Below, one piece after another: positions 19,839 through 29,296 of a stretch of 64,000 nt of DNA; the stretch's first letter is position 1, and the number at the start of each line of letters is the position of its first letter. This stretch comes from Dehalococcoidia bacterium (lineage in GTDB: Bacteria > Chloroflexota > Dehalococcoidia > Plut-88900), in NCBI GenBank assembly GCA_965207225.1, contig CBDBLV010000004.1, positions 32,001 to 96,000 of the forward strand, in the 5' to 3' direction. Both the position numbers and the translations under genes were made by a program. The notes under the pieces are model-generated. The model searched no databases and was not told the origin of the DNA. It saw only the letters and a program-made list of their open reading frames with translations.

Positions 19839-20813
19839 ATGACAGTAGCGAGTGGGTCAAGGACGCTGAAGGTGGGGTTGATGCTGCCTCAGACGGAGGG
19901 GCTTCGGGGGTCGGGGGTGAGGGGATGGGAGGAAGTCAAGGAGATGGCACTGCTGGCGGAGGAGGTTGGGTTTGACTCGGTGTGGTTGGTGGACCACTTG
20001 CTGTACAAACTGGAAGGGGAGGAGCAGGCGCGGGGCGTGTGGGAGTGCTGGTCACTGGTGTCGGCTGTGGCGGCGATAACGGAGAGGGTGGAAATAGGAA
20101 CACTGGTGATGGCGATGGGATGGCGGAACCCTGCGCTCTTGGCAAAGATGGCATCTACGGTGGAGGAAATCAGCGGAGGGAGGCTGATACTGGGGCTCGG
20201 GTCCGGGTACCACAAGTTTGAGTACGAAGCCTTCGGCTACGCCTTTGACTACAAGGTGAGTCGATTCGAGGAGGCTATTCAGATAATTCATGGGTTGCTC
20301 CGGAATGGATACGTAGACTTCGAGGGTCGGTTCCACAGTGCGAAGCAGTGTGAACTGAGGCCGCTCGGGCCGAGGGAGGGGGGGCCGCCCATCCTGATAG
20401 GAGCGAGCGCACCCCGAATGTTGGCCGTGGCAGCGAAATACGCGGACGCCTGGAACGCCTACTACGACGATACATCGAACAGCGTTGAGGGCGCGGTAAA
20501 GTTGCGTTCAGTGGTAGATGAGGCTTGTCGTAAGGAGGATCGAGGGCCGGGCACGCTTGAGCGCACGGTTGCGGTGTTGATAGCAGAAGCGTCGGCGGAC
20601 CCGTGGTGGGACCGGATGCCATCGGACCAGATGAGGGACCAGTCGCCGCTGATACCCCTGGCCGGGCCCCCGGATGAGATAGCCGGCATACTCCGGGAAT
20701 ACGAGCGAGAAGGCGTAACGCACATCCAGATCTGCATGGAACCGACGACCGTCAAGACAATAGAGCAGCTCGTACCGGTGCTGGAGGAGTTGGACAAGCT
20801 GAGCGCGGGTTAG
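19839..20813 (+). CDS. LLM class flavin-dependent oxidoreductase
   Basis: AEEVGFDSVWLVDH, RNPALLAKMA, SGGRLILGLGSG, PPILIG. Confidence 0.9.
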   Translation: MTVASGSRTLKVGLMLPQTEGLRGSGVRGWEEVKEMALLAEEVGFDSVWLVDHLLYKLEGEEQARGVWECWSLVSAVAAITERVEIGTLVMAMGWRNPALLAKMASTVEEISGGRLILGLGSGYHKFEYEAFGYAFDYKVSRFEEAIQIIHGLLRNGYVDFEGRFHSAKQCELRPLGPREGGPPILIGASAPRMLAVAAKYADAWNAYYDDTSNSVEGAVKLRSVVDEACRKEDRGPGTLERTVAVLIAEASADPWWDRMPSDQMRDQSPLIPLAGPPDEIAGILREYEREGVTHIQICMEPTTVKTIEQLVPVLEELDKLSAG

Positions 20814-22834
20814 TCGAGGTGGTCTAGGGCGGGGTCGGACATTGCGCGTTCTACGAAGCGGTCGGCGTCCTCTTCGAGGATCAAACGCTCTTCGAGCAGG
20901 CGTTGGCAAGCCAATGTGACGAGTCGGACGTAGCGGGCACGAGAAACATAGCGTTCTTCAATCGAGAGCCGCGGATCTCCTTTGGCAATGCGCTCTTCCC
21001 GGGTATTTGCGAAGGGGAGATAGCTACCGTAGACGGCGGCCATGGCATTCCCGGCTTGGCCAGGCAGCCTGAAGTTCCAGCCGGTGTAAGTGGCCAGTGG
21101 GACCTCGAGTTCAGGGCCTCGAATTCCGGGCACATCGTTACCATCTGCGTCGACGTGGGGGACAAGGACGGTGTATTGTCGACTCTTGTCTTCCACCGGG
21201 GGTTCGACGGAGAGAATGCCGTTGTCGAATTCCGGGCCGTGGTCTTGGACGTAGAGTCGGTTGGGAGCGGATGGGGGGTTGACGCCGAGGATGGCCGGGA
21301 ATGCGGTGGTGACGGTTTCGGCGGGGACGGAGTTCTCTGAGTCGCGAGTGGGGACGCGGCTATCGGGGGGTACGGCCCCATCCGTTACCCAGGCGTCCAG
21401 GTTATCCAGCATAGCGCGGAGTAAGGCGGTGACGTTGAGCGGGTTGGTGGGGTGCTTGAAGGAAGCGTAGTCGGGGCCTTCGATGTGGTCGGGGCTGTGC
21501 TCCGCAGAGGCGAACAGGTAGATGCGTGAGCGCTCGTGGTCGGGGAGGTCGTTGCCGAGGGAATCGGTGTGGACGAGGGAGCCGCGGCGCTGCCAGTACT
21601 CGGAGGCGGACTGGGTGTGGATGACGAGGGGGTCGGTCTCGGGGCGCTTAAGGATTCCGTCGGTCTTCTCGGTTATGGCGTCGGTGGTGACGGAATAGGC
21701 ATGGGGGAACTGGTCGGAAGGGTAAAGGTGGTCGTAGTGCTGTCTCGGGTACCTGCCGGGCTGGGAGAAGCGGTAGTTGACGAATACGCGGCCTCCTCCC
21801 GAGACAAAGGGTGAAATGCCGGCAAAGACCTGCCTCCCTTCAGCATCTTCGTTGAAGCCCCGGTAGGTGAATTCCCGAAGAAAGCGAGCGCTCTGGGAGC
21901 AGCCCCAGCCGTAGACTTTTTCGATGCCTGCGCCGTTGTCGCGGACGGGGTTGGGCTGACCTGCGGAGTCGGAATCGGCGTTGAGGAGGAAGGATATGAG
22001 GTCACGGAGACCGGTGAAGCCGAGTCCCATGACCAAGGGGTCTTTGGCCGTGTAGACGAGCTCGTAGATCCAGCCGGGCTTGAATCCTTCGGGGAGGTAG
22101 ACGTCGGTGGGGGAGGGGATGGGGTTGCCCGAGGCGTCGGGCTTGGCGAACTGCCAGGCTTCGGGAGGGATGGGGATGCGGGGGTCGGTCTCGTAGTTGC
22201 GGTAGGTGAAGACGGCTTCGGAGGTATCGAGGGAGGCGGGCGCATAGGCCCGGGTGTAGGCGTTGCCGCTGAGGGGCATGGAGACTATCGTGGAGGCAGA
22301 GTCGAGCTTTGTGAGGGCGTCACCGGGGGAGAACTCAGTACGGACGGGCCCAGTGATGGGCGTGCCGTTCATGGAGGCCACCGGCAGGCGCATGGCCATG
22401 CGGTTGTCGCCGGGAAGTATGTCTCCCTGCCAGCCTGACCAAAGGACTGTGTAGCCCCGACGCATCAGGAAGCCGTTACCGGCGTCGTCGACAGATGTTG
22501 GGTCGTCGACCTGAGGTGCGTCGTTGAGGAAATGGACGAGTAGCTTAGTGCCGCGGTTATTGACGTCGTACACCAGGCGTCGGTTGCCGCGAGCCATGTT
22601 CATGGGTTTGAGCATGAAGAAATCGGTGGAGTATTCGACTAGGCCGTCTGCATTGCGCTGAGCGTGTTCGATGTCTATGACGGAGGAGAAGGCAGGGGAG
22701 TTCGGGTTGACGGCGAAGTCGACGCGGCCGACGAGCTTTTCATAGGGGCCAACATCTCCGAAGGCGATGCCTGCTGCGAAGGGGACTCGGGAGTGGATTT
22801 GGAGTCTGATTTGGATGGGGTTGGCGTCTGGCAA
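20810..22834 (-). CDS. Alpha/beta hydrolase domain protein
   Basis: FGDVGPYEKL, DVNNRG, GWQGD, GCSQSARFL nucleophile-like motif, EYWQRRGSL, GDPRLSIEERY. AGGAGG SD before TTG at 22834. Confidence 0.78.
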   Translation of the reverse strand: MPDANPIQIRLQIHSRVPFAAGIAFGDVGPYEKLVGRVDFAVNPNSPAFSSVIDIEHAQRNADGLVEYSTDFFMLKPMNMARGNRRLVYDVNNRGTKLLVHFLNDAPQVDDPTSVDDAGNGFLMRRGYTVLWSGWQGDILPGDNRMAMRLPVASMNGTPITGPVRTEFSPGDALTKLDSASTIVSMPLSGNAYTRAYAPASLDTSEAVFTYRNYETDPRIPIPPEAWQFAKPDASGNPIPSPTDVYLPEGFKPGWIYELVYTAKDPLVMGLGFTGLRDLISFLLNADSDSAGQPNPVRDNGAGIEKVYGWGCSQSARFLREFTYRGFNEDAEGRQVFAGISPFVSGGGRVFVNYRFSQPGRYPRQHYDHLYPSDQFPHAYSVTTDAITEKTDGILKRPETDPLVIHTQSASEYWQRRGSLVHTDSLGNDLPDHERSRIYLFASAEHSPDHIEGPDYASFKHPTNPLNVTALLRAMLDNLDAWVTDGAVPPDSRVPTRDSENSVPAETVTTAFPAILGVNPPSAPNRLYVQDHGPEFDNGILSVEPPVEDKSRQYTVLVPHVDADGNDVPGIRGPELEVPLATYTGWNFRLPGQAGNAMAAVYGSYLPFANTREERIAKGDPRLSIEERYVSRARYVRLVTLACQRLLEERLILEEDADRFVERAMSDPALDHLD

Positions 22835-22962
22835 GAGATAGTCCTCCTGGTGGGAGTCGAGTGCGAGTACGAGGAAGTGTACCACCTAGTTGATCAGGGC
22901 ACTTTTGTGGATTTCGGAAAGCACCTATACTGGCCGCGTTCAATGTGTCGGCAGGATAAGGG

Positions 22963-23424
22963 ATGAAGAAGACCATTTACCTGGCGAACCCATACGGGTT
23001 TTCGGTGCAGCAGAAGTCTTTGCTGCTGCCGGAGTTGGTGGCGGCGCTGGAGGGGCTCGGTTTGGAGGTGTGGGAGCCGTTCGAGCGGAATAACCAGGTG
23101 GACTTTGCAGAGTCGGGGTGGGCGTACCGGATCGGGCAGGCGGACTTTCGGGATGTTGTGGAATCGGATGGGATATTTGCGGTGGTAAACGGCGTGCCGC
23201 CGGACGAGGGCGTGATGGTGGAGCTGGGGATGGCGATTGCTTTGAAGAAGCCGACGTTTCTCTTTCGGGATGACTTCCGGGGAGCGAGCGACAGCGGGGA
23301 ATATCCCCTGAACCTGATGCTGTTCACCGGTATGCCGCAAGAGGAATGGCGGGACTACTATTACACGTCTATCGAAGAACTGGCATCGAGGGAGAAGGCA
23401 CTGGCGCGGTGGGCGCAATCCTAG
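22963..23424 (+). CDS. Nucleoside 2-deoxyribosyltransferase family protein
   Basis: IYLANPYGFS, PPDEGVMVELGMAIALKKP, PLNLML. Confidence 0.85.
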   Translation: MKKTIYLANPYGFSVQQKSLLLPELVAALEGLGLEVWEPFERNNQVDFAESGWAYRIGQADFRDVVESDGIFAVVNGVPPDEGVMVELGMAIALKKPTFLFRDDFRGASDSGEYPLNLMLFTGMPQEEWRDYYYTSIEELASREKALARWAQS

Positions 23425-23440
23425 ATATGGAGGAAACGAG

Positions 23441-25048
23441 ATGACCCGAGGCATGGTAGTAGCCCCACAACCCGAGGCGGTCGAGGCGGGAGCGGTGGTG
23501 CTCAAGGAGGGCGGCAATGCTATTGACGCCGGTATAGCCTGCGCGTTCGTGCAGGGGGTGGTGGACCCGCAGATGACTGGGATTGCAGGGTTCGGGAGCT
23601 TGCAAGCATATCTGCCGGGTGTTGGGGTGCATAAGTGCATCGACTTTCACGGGAAGGCGCCACTGGCTACAAAGCCGGATATGTGGGAAGACCTGATCGA
23701 AGGGGAGGCGCGGGACGGCTTCGGGTTCATCTTGAAGGGCAGGGTGAATGACCTCGGGTACCAATCGATCACGGTGCCCGGGAGCCTGAAGGCGTATGCG
23801 GAGGCGCACTCGGCGTGGGGTCGGGTGCCCTGGGCAGAGGTCATGGCCCCTGCCATCGAATATGCCAGAGAAGGGGTGTTGGTCCGGCCCCAGGTGTACG
23901 AGTGGTGGGTCAATGATGACCGGTTTGGCAGGGTGACGCCCGTGGAATTGCTTTCGTTGACGGAGTCAGGGAGGAGGATCTATTTCAACGGTGACGGGAA
24001 TGTGAAGAAGGTCGGGGAGCGGTTGGACAACCCGGACATGACGTCGGTGCTGGAGCACCTAGCGAGGGTCGGGGCTGATGATTTCTACACCGGGGAAATT
24101 GCATCGAAGATCGTGGCGGATATGGAGGCAAACGGGGGACTGATCTCGATGCAGGACCTGGTCGACTACCGGACCACACATTGCGAACCGCTACGCGGGT
24201 CATACCGGGGCTTCGACGTCGCTACGAACCAGCCCCCGGGCGGGGGAGTGCTGCTACTCCAGATGTTGAACGTGCTGGAAAACTTCGACCTGGCTGGAAT
24301 GGGCCACAACTCGGCGGAGTACGTGAGGACGGTTACGGAGGCAATGAAGCGGGCCACGGCGGACAAGGATGCGCATGTCGGGGATCCGGCGTTCGTGGAT
24401 GTACCCGCGGGTCGGCTGACGTCCAAGGAGCTGGGTCGGGAGTATGCAGATGCGATCAGGCGGGGTGAGAGAGGCAGGGTGGAGAGGATGAAAGAGGCAG
24501 TGGAGTCCAAGAGTACGACTCACGTGTGCGTGGTGGATGAGGAAGGGAATGCCTTTACGATGACTCACTCGCTGGGAATGCCGTCGGGTGTGATAACGGA
24601 GGGGCTGGGGTTCATGTACAACGGCTGCATGGCGGTGTTCGACCCGAGGCCGGGTCGGGCGGGGAGCCTGGCGCCGGGCAAGAGCCGGTTCTCTTCGATG
24701 TGCCCGACGATAGTGTTCCGGGACGGGTCGCCGTACGTGGTTATAGGGGCGCCGGGTGGTACGCAGATCACGATGGGTGTGCTGCAGGCGGTGCTGAATG
24801 TGCTGGACTTCGACATGTCGATGTCGGATGCGGTGTCGGCGGCGCGGTTCTCGGCAACGAGCAACCCGATCGATGTGAGCAACCGGATACCCAGGTTCGT
24901 GACCCGGGAGCTGGAGGATGAAGGGTACGAGGTTATCAGGTGGGCGGCGTCGTACGCCTTCGCCAGGGTGCACGGGATCAGGTTGGATGACGGGGTGTGG
25001 TCGGGTGGGGCGGACCCGGCAGGCGACGGGATGGCGCTGGGGGTATGA
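23441..25048 (+). CDS. ggt: Gamma-glutamyltransferase
   Basis: GGNAIDA, VPG, FYTGEIA, autocleavage STTHVCVVD, SSMCPTI, GAPGG. Confidence 0.93.
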   Translation: MTRGMVVAPQPEAVEAGAVVLKEGGNAIDAGIACAFVQGVVDPQMTGIAGFGSLQAYLPGVGVHKCIDFHGKAPLATKPDMWEDLIEGEARDGFGFILKGRVNDLGYQSITVPGSLKAYAEAHSAWGRVPWAEVMAPAIEYAREGVLVRPQVYEWWVNDDRFGRVTPVELLSLTESGRRIYFNGDGNVKKVGERLDNPDMTSVLEHLARVGADDFYTGEIASKIVADMEANGGLISMQDLVDYRTTHCEPLRGSYRGFDVATNQPPGGGVLLLQMLNVLENFDLAGMGHNSAEYVRTVTEAMKRATADKDAHVGDPAFVDVPAGRLTSKELGREYADAIRRGERGRVERMKEAVESKSTTHVCVVDEEGNAFTMTHSLGMPSGVITEGLGFMYNGCMAVFDPRPGRAGSLAPGKSRFSSMCPTIVFRDGSPYVVIGAPGGTQITMGVLQAVLNVLDFDMSMSDAVSAARFSATSNPIDVSNRIPRFVTRELEDEGYEVIRWAASYAFARVHGIRLDDGVWSGGADPAGDGMALGV

Positions 25049-25055
25049 GGGAGGG

Positions 25056-25934
25056 CTATTCGTATTCACCTCCCCTTTCGTAGAAACGCTCGGAAGAGAT
25101 CGAGATGTCCCCAAGAGCCTCGTCAATTCCCACCTCGAGTATCGACCTACTGTATGAGTGCCTGCCCTCTGTGTTGTCGAAGAACTGACCAAGAGGAGAA
25201 ATCATCAAGTAGCTGCCAGTCATGAGTTCATTGTTTTCTGGCACCACTCTGACGCCTCGCCACTCGACGGTACGGTTGCGCTCTACGTATTGATTGAATT
25301 CATCCTCCGTGATTGAAAATTCATCGATGCGCTCGTCATTCTGCCGTTCTACCCGCAGCACCTGGAAAATCTTCCATCGCTCAGGATGGACGACACTGAT
25401 GAATTTCCGAAAATCTTCATGGCAATTGTAGCGGTTCACCACCGTGTTGATTTTTAGGCGAATACCTTGATCTTTGACCTGCTCACATACGCGCATGTAT
25501 GCGTCGGCGTCCATTGACTGGCCTCGCAAAGTGCGACCGATTTTTTTCTGCGTGTCGCAGTCTATGCTGTCTATGCTGAGGGCGAGGATATTAAGACATC
25601 CCGCCACTTCGTCCAGCCAATCATCCGTGATTTTCGATCCGTTGGTTACTATGGATGTCTGCAACCCGTTCTCACTAGCACGGCGGATTAGGGAAGGGAG
25701 CCAGCGACACAGTGTTGGCTCACCGCCAGCGAAGTTTATCTTTTTGATTTTGGTTTCTGCTATCAAGTCGATAAGTCTAAGCGCATCCGGTTCCTTCAGA
25801 TATTTCACATTCTGCATGTTCGGAAGATCGGGGAACGTTGCAAAACAAAAGCCGCACTTCATATTGCACGGCTTCCAAAGGTGGTAGTTGACTGTTGGAA
25901 CTAAAAAGACCTTGGGGCCGTTATGCACCTTCAT
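25056..25934 (-). CDS. Prokaryotic viperin (antiviral radical SAM ddhNTP synthase)
   Basis: VNYHLWKPCNMKCGFCF (CxxxCxxC in the viperin context), KINFAGGEP, SIDS, LKINTVV, PERWKIFQVL, QND, ENNELMTGSY, GQFFDN, SILEVG. GGAGG SD before ATG at 25934. Confidence 0.92.
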   Translation of the reverse strand: MKVHNGPKVFLVPTVNYHLWKPCNMKCGFCFATFPDLPNMQNVKYLKEPDALRLIDLIAETKIKKINFAGGEPTLCRWLPSLIRRASENGLQTSIVTNGSKITDDWLDEVAGCLNILALSIDSIDCDTQKKIGRTLRGQSMDADAYMRVCEQVKDQGIRLKINTVVNRYNCHEDFRKFISVVHPERWKIFQVLRVERQNDERIDEFSITEDEFNQYVERNRTVEWRGVRVVPENNELMTGSYLMISPLGQFFDNTEGRHSYSRSILEVGIDEALGDISISSERFYERGGEYE

Positions 25935-26040
25935 TCTCACCTCCGACCCATATAGCGGCACCAGTCTTGGTGAAAAGACAGTTGCGACGACTCAAATGGT
26001 CGTGCGGCAGCACCGCCGGGTCTAGTATTAAGTCACATAT

Positions 26041-26078
26041 AGTATAGAGGGGCACTACATACCAAGCAAGGGCACTAC
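26041..26078 (-). promoter_or_regulatory. Viperin promoter with overlapping direct-repeat operator
   Basis: Minus strand TTGCTT (26069-26064), N17, TATACT (26046-26041). GGGCACTAC direct repeats at 26050-26058 and 26070-26078. Confidence 0.55.
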
Positions 26079-26172
26079 GGAGCAGACGGATTGACTTTGG
26101 CGGTATGAAGGCTGGCCGCTGGGGCCTCCCTGTTGCGCCAAAGGTTGAGACTTCTACAAGACGGGATGGCAA

Positions 26173-26613
26173 ATGCGCAAACAGTCTTCTAGTCCTATCA
26201 GTGAGTTCAGGCGGGCATTCTGGGCGTTATACGCTGAGAACTACCCGGAAGATGCGGCCAAGGCCGGTTGGCGACCGGGGTATGCCCGGAGCAATGTGTG
26301 GTTTGAGTCCGCGCACCCTGGAATTATCGTGTCGTTGTATCTGGCCCAGAAGGAAGTGGGCATATATTGCACTTCTCCGTGGGGAGCGCCGCAGGTGGAT
26401 GTCTTTCCCAACCTGGAGGGTTATGAAGAGGTGATGCGTCGGGAGCTGGGGGTGGAGGTCGGTCCTTCGAAGGACTTGTATGGGGCGGTGAAGGTCTGGC
26501 GGGTTGACACTCGGGATAGGGGGAACTGGGAGGCTATGGCGAGATGGATGCACCGGGAGTTGGAGGCGTACCTGGAGGTTATCGGGAGGGGGCCTGAAAG
26601 CCGGGCAGAGTAG
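26173..26613 (+). CDS. DUF4268-like domain protein
   Basis: EFRRAFW N-terminus and DRGNWEAMARWM C-terminus resemble DUF4268; codon bias matches + strand genes. Confidence 0.55.
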   Translation: MRKQSSSPISEFRRAFWALYAENYPEDAAKAGWRPGYARSNVWFESAHPGIIVSLYLAQKEVGIYCTSPWGAPQVDVFPNLEGYEEVMRRELGVEVGPSKDLYGAVKVWRVDTRDRGNWEAMARWMHRELEAYLEVIGRGPESRAE

Positions 26614-26690
26614 CCTTCCCCAAGCGGGACTTTGTTCGGTGTGGGTTCTTTGAGGGCCTGGGTGACGAGTTATCAGTGCGTGTACCGCCC

Positions 26691-26725
26691 CCGCTCGACC
26701 CTTCGACTCCGCTCAGCGTGAGTGG
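26691..26725 (+). repeat. REP-like palindrome family C (CCCTTCGA..CTCAG..TGAGCGG)
   Basis: Similar copies at 45516-45548, 57149-57196 and 62840-62886. Confidence 0.65.
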
Positions 26726-26761
26726 CCCCACCACTGGGGACTGGGTGGGAGCTCTACGCTG

Positions 26762-27988
26762 TCATTTGGCATCGCCGTTCCTGGGGCCACGGAGGCCGTG
26801 GATGGCAAGGGCGACAGGAGCGAGGAGAGCGCCGGTAAAGGCAATACAAAGGAGGGCGAGGCGGAGGTCGTCGGTGGCGTCCTGGACGTAGCCTACGATG
26901 AGGGGGCCGATGGCATTGCCCAACCAGATCGAAGTCTGCATGAAGGCGATACCCACGGCGACCTCACGGGGTCGGATGCCGGGGAGCTGGTAGACCATGA
27001 TCATAAGCAGCGGGAAATAGAGGTTGGCCACGCCTCGGGGGATGGAGAGGAGGATGAGGAAGAGGGGGGAGGTGATGAAGAGGAGGCCTCCGTTTACGGC
27101 GGCGGTGGAGAGGCCGGACAGGGCGAGGGTGGTGGTGCGGAACCTGTTGAAGAAGGGGATGACGTTGAAGAGGTAGACGGCTGCACCGGCTCCGAAGAGG
27201 CTGAGGCCGAAGACCGCGCCGGGTACATTGTCGGAAACCAGCAGTCCTTCTTCTGCATGGGTGGGCCAGAAGTGTTCGAAGGCGGAGCCGCCGATGGAAA
27301 CGGCGAACATGCCAAGGCCCATCAGCCACAATTGCTTGTACCTGAGTACGGAAAGCAGGGGATTCTCCTGCTGAGACTCGAGGCGGGTGTGGTATTCGCC
27401 GACATCCCGTTCTCGGCCGAGAACGGTCCAAGCTGCGGCGGTTGTCAGCCCAATGCCACCCATGACCATGAGTACCGGACGCCAACCCCCGAGGGCGCTG
27501 TTGAGAACGGGGGTGAGGAAGAATATGACGCCCATGATGAGGTCGATGGCGCCAAAGACTACGCCTGTGGTGACTTGCACTTTGCCGGGCGGCGACCACT
27601 GCTGGATGATGAGCGCCCTGGGCGACTGGTTGGCTATGAAGCTGATGCCAAGGCCAACGCGACCGATGACCAGGATGGCGAAGTTGGGGGCGAAGGCCTG
27701 TAGAAGGGTGAAACCGCCGATACCGAGGAAGGTGATGAAGGCAACGCGCCAGGGCCTGTACCGGGAGAGCCAGAGGTTGAGGGGGATGGCGAGGAAGAGG
27801 TTGCCGAAGACTACAGAGGCACCGAGCCAGCCTTGCTGGATTGATGAAAGGCCGAGCTCTTCGCTCATGTCCGGGAGGAGGAGGCCAATAACGAAAATGC
27901 TGGAGAGGGCCATAGCGACCCCCGTGGTCAGGTTGCCGACTACTATCCAGCGGCCTTTGAAGCTATCGACGTTCTGTTGGCTGGTCAA
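26762..27988 (-). CDS. MFS transporter
   Basis: About 12 TM segments, LVIGRVGLG motif; paralogue of 57295..58539 (shared QDATxDLRLA tail). Confidence 0.85.
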   Translation of the reverse strand: MTSQQNVDSFKGRWIVVGNLTTGVAMALSSIFVIGLLLPDMSEELGLSSIQQGWLGASVVFGNLFLAIPLNLWLSRYRPWRVAFITFLGIGGFTLLQAFAPNFAILVIGRVGLGISFIANQSPRALIIQQWSPPGKVQVTTGVVFGAIDLIMGVIFFLTPVLNSALGGWRPVLMVMGGIGLTTAAAWTVLGRERDVGEYHTRLESQQENPLLSVLRYKQLWLMGLGMFAVSIGGSAFEHFWPTHAEEGLLVSDNVPGAVFGLSLFGAGAAVYLFNVIPFFNRFRTTTLALSGLSTAAVNGGLLFITSPLFLILLSIPRGVANLYFPLLMIMVYQLPGIRPREVAVGIAFMQTSIWLGNAIGPLIVGYVQDATDDLRLALLCIAFTGALLAPVALAIHGLRGPRNGDAK

Positions 27989-28098
27989 TTACCACCTTTA
28001 GGTGTTGCGGTTGTGCTACCTGCTCGGTAGATCCTCGACAAGGTCAGGTGAAACGGGCAAGCGTTGTGTCTTTGGGTGAATGGGTGGGCACTACTACA

Positions 28099-29154
28099 TT
28101 AGCGGAAGCTGGGGATGACCTCTTTGGCGAAGAGCTTCATGGAGTCGACGATCTTTTCGTGGGGGACGCGGCCGCCCATTTCGAACCAGAGGAGCATCTC
28201 ACCGACGGGGAGTTCGGAGCGGAACCAGTTGAGGCGCTCGATGGTCTTGTCGGGGGTGAGGTAGAGGTCGACGCCCTTCTTTACGATTTGTTCGTGAGAG
28301 TGCTCGTCGCGGGCCTCTTTAAAGTGGCGGTACTCGGGGACGGCGTCGATGGTGCGGGCCCCGGCGGGGGTACTGAGGTTGACCTTTAAGGCATCGAAGT
28401 AGTGGTCGACGCTGGGGCGGGTGGCGTCCTGGGCGGCGGCGACGGTCTCGGAGGTGAAGGTGGGCTGGAGGATCTTCATGAAGTCGGGCTTGGGGTCAAG
28501 GCCCGCTTCCTTTTCCACCTGGCGATATGTGGCGGCGCGCTCCTTGAGGGTGTCCATGGAAGTAAGGAACAGGCCGGCCATGACGCCCATGCGCCGCCTG
28601 GCGGCCATGTCGAAGACGCCCTGGCTGCCGCTGGCGGCCACGGTGAGGGGCGGATGGGGCTGCTGAACGGGTTTGGGGACGATGGAGGCCTCCCGGACCT
28701 GGAAGTGCTTGCCTTCGAAGGAGAAGTTGTCATGGGTCCAGGCACCCACGAGGACGTCGAGGGCTTCGGCGTAGCGCTCACGGCTGACCTCAGCCTTGAT
28801 CTTGAAGGGGTCGTAGAAGGTGAGAACGCCACGGCCCACGCCGAACTCAAGCCTGCCGTCGCTGAGGTTGTCGACCATGGCGCCTTCCTCGGCGTTGATG
28901 AGGGGGTCGTGCATGGGGATGATGTTGACGCCGAGGCCGATGCGCATCCGAGAGGTGCGCTGGGCGATGGCGGCGGCCATGATGTTGATGGAGGGCATGA
29001 TGCCGAGGGCAGCGTCGAAGTGGAGCTCGCCGAGCCAGACGGAGTCGAAGCCGAGGTCCTCGGCGAGCTCAATCTGGTAGAGGACTTCACGGTAGCGGTC
29101 AGCGGCGCTCTGGTCGGGGTGGCAGGGGATCTGGTAGAAGATGCCGAATTTCAT
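28099..29154 (-). CDS. LLM class flavin-dependent oxidoreductase
   Basis: MKFGIF, AEDLGFDSVWLGELHF, SDGRLEFGVGRG, PKPVQQPHPP, SMKLFAKEVIPSF. Confidence 0.92.
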   Translation of the reverse strand: MKFGIFYQIPCHPDQSAADRYREVLYQIELAEDLGFDSVWLGELHFDAALGIMPSINIMAAAIAQRTSRMRIGLGVNIIPMHDPLINAEEGAMVDNLSDGRLEFGVGRGVLTFYDPFKIKAEVSRERYAEALDVLVGAWTHDNFSFEGKHFQVREASIVPKPVQQPHPPLTVAASGSQGVFDMAARRRMGVMAGLFLTSMDTLKERAATYRQVEKEAGLDPKPDFMKILQPTFTSETVAAAQDATRPSVDHYFDALKVNLSTPAGARTIDAVPEYRHFKEARDEHSHEQIVKKGVDLYLTPDKTIERLNWFRSELPVGEMLLWFEMGGRVPHEKIVDSMKLFAKEVIPSFR

Positions 29155-29240
29155 GGGGTGTTCACCTCTTCTTTGGGGAACTCTGTGTGACTGATTGCCA
29201 GGAGCATGATTGAGGTACGGGCTGGGTCATCAGGGCCAAA

Positions 29241-29279
29241 GACCCCACCCCAGATTCCTCGCGGAGCATCGGAATGACA
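29241..29279 (+). repeat. REP-like palindrome family B (AGATTCCTCGCGGRGCATCGGAATGACA)
   Basis: Near-identical copies start at 31641, 34535, 39665, 43147, 45610 and 62960. Confidence 0.8.
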
Positions 29280-29296
29280 ATAAGCATGGGGCTCCT

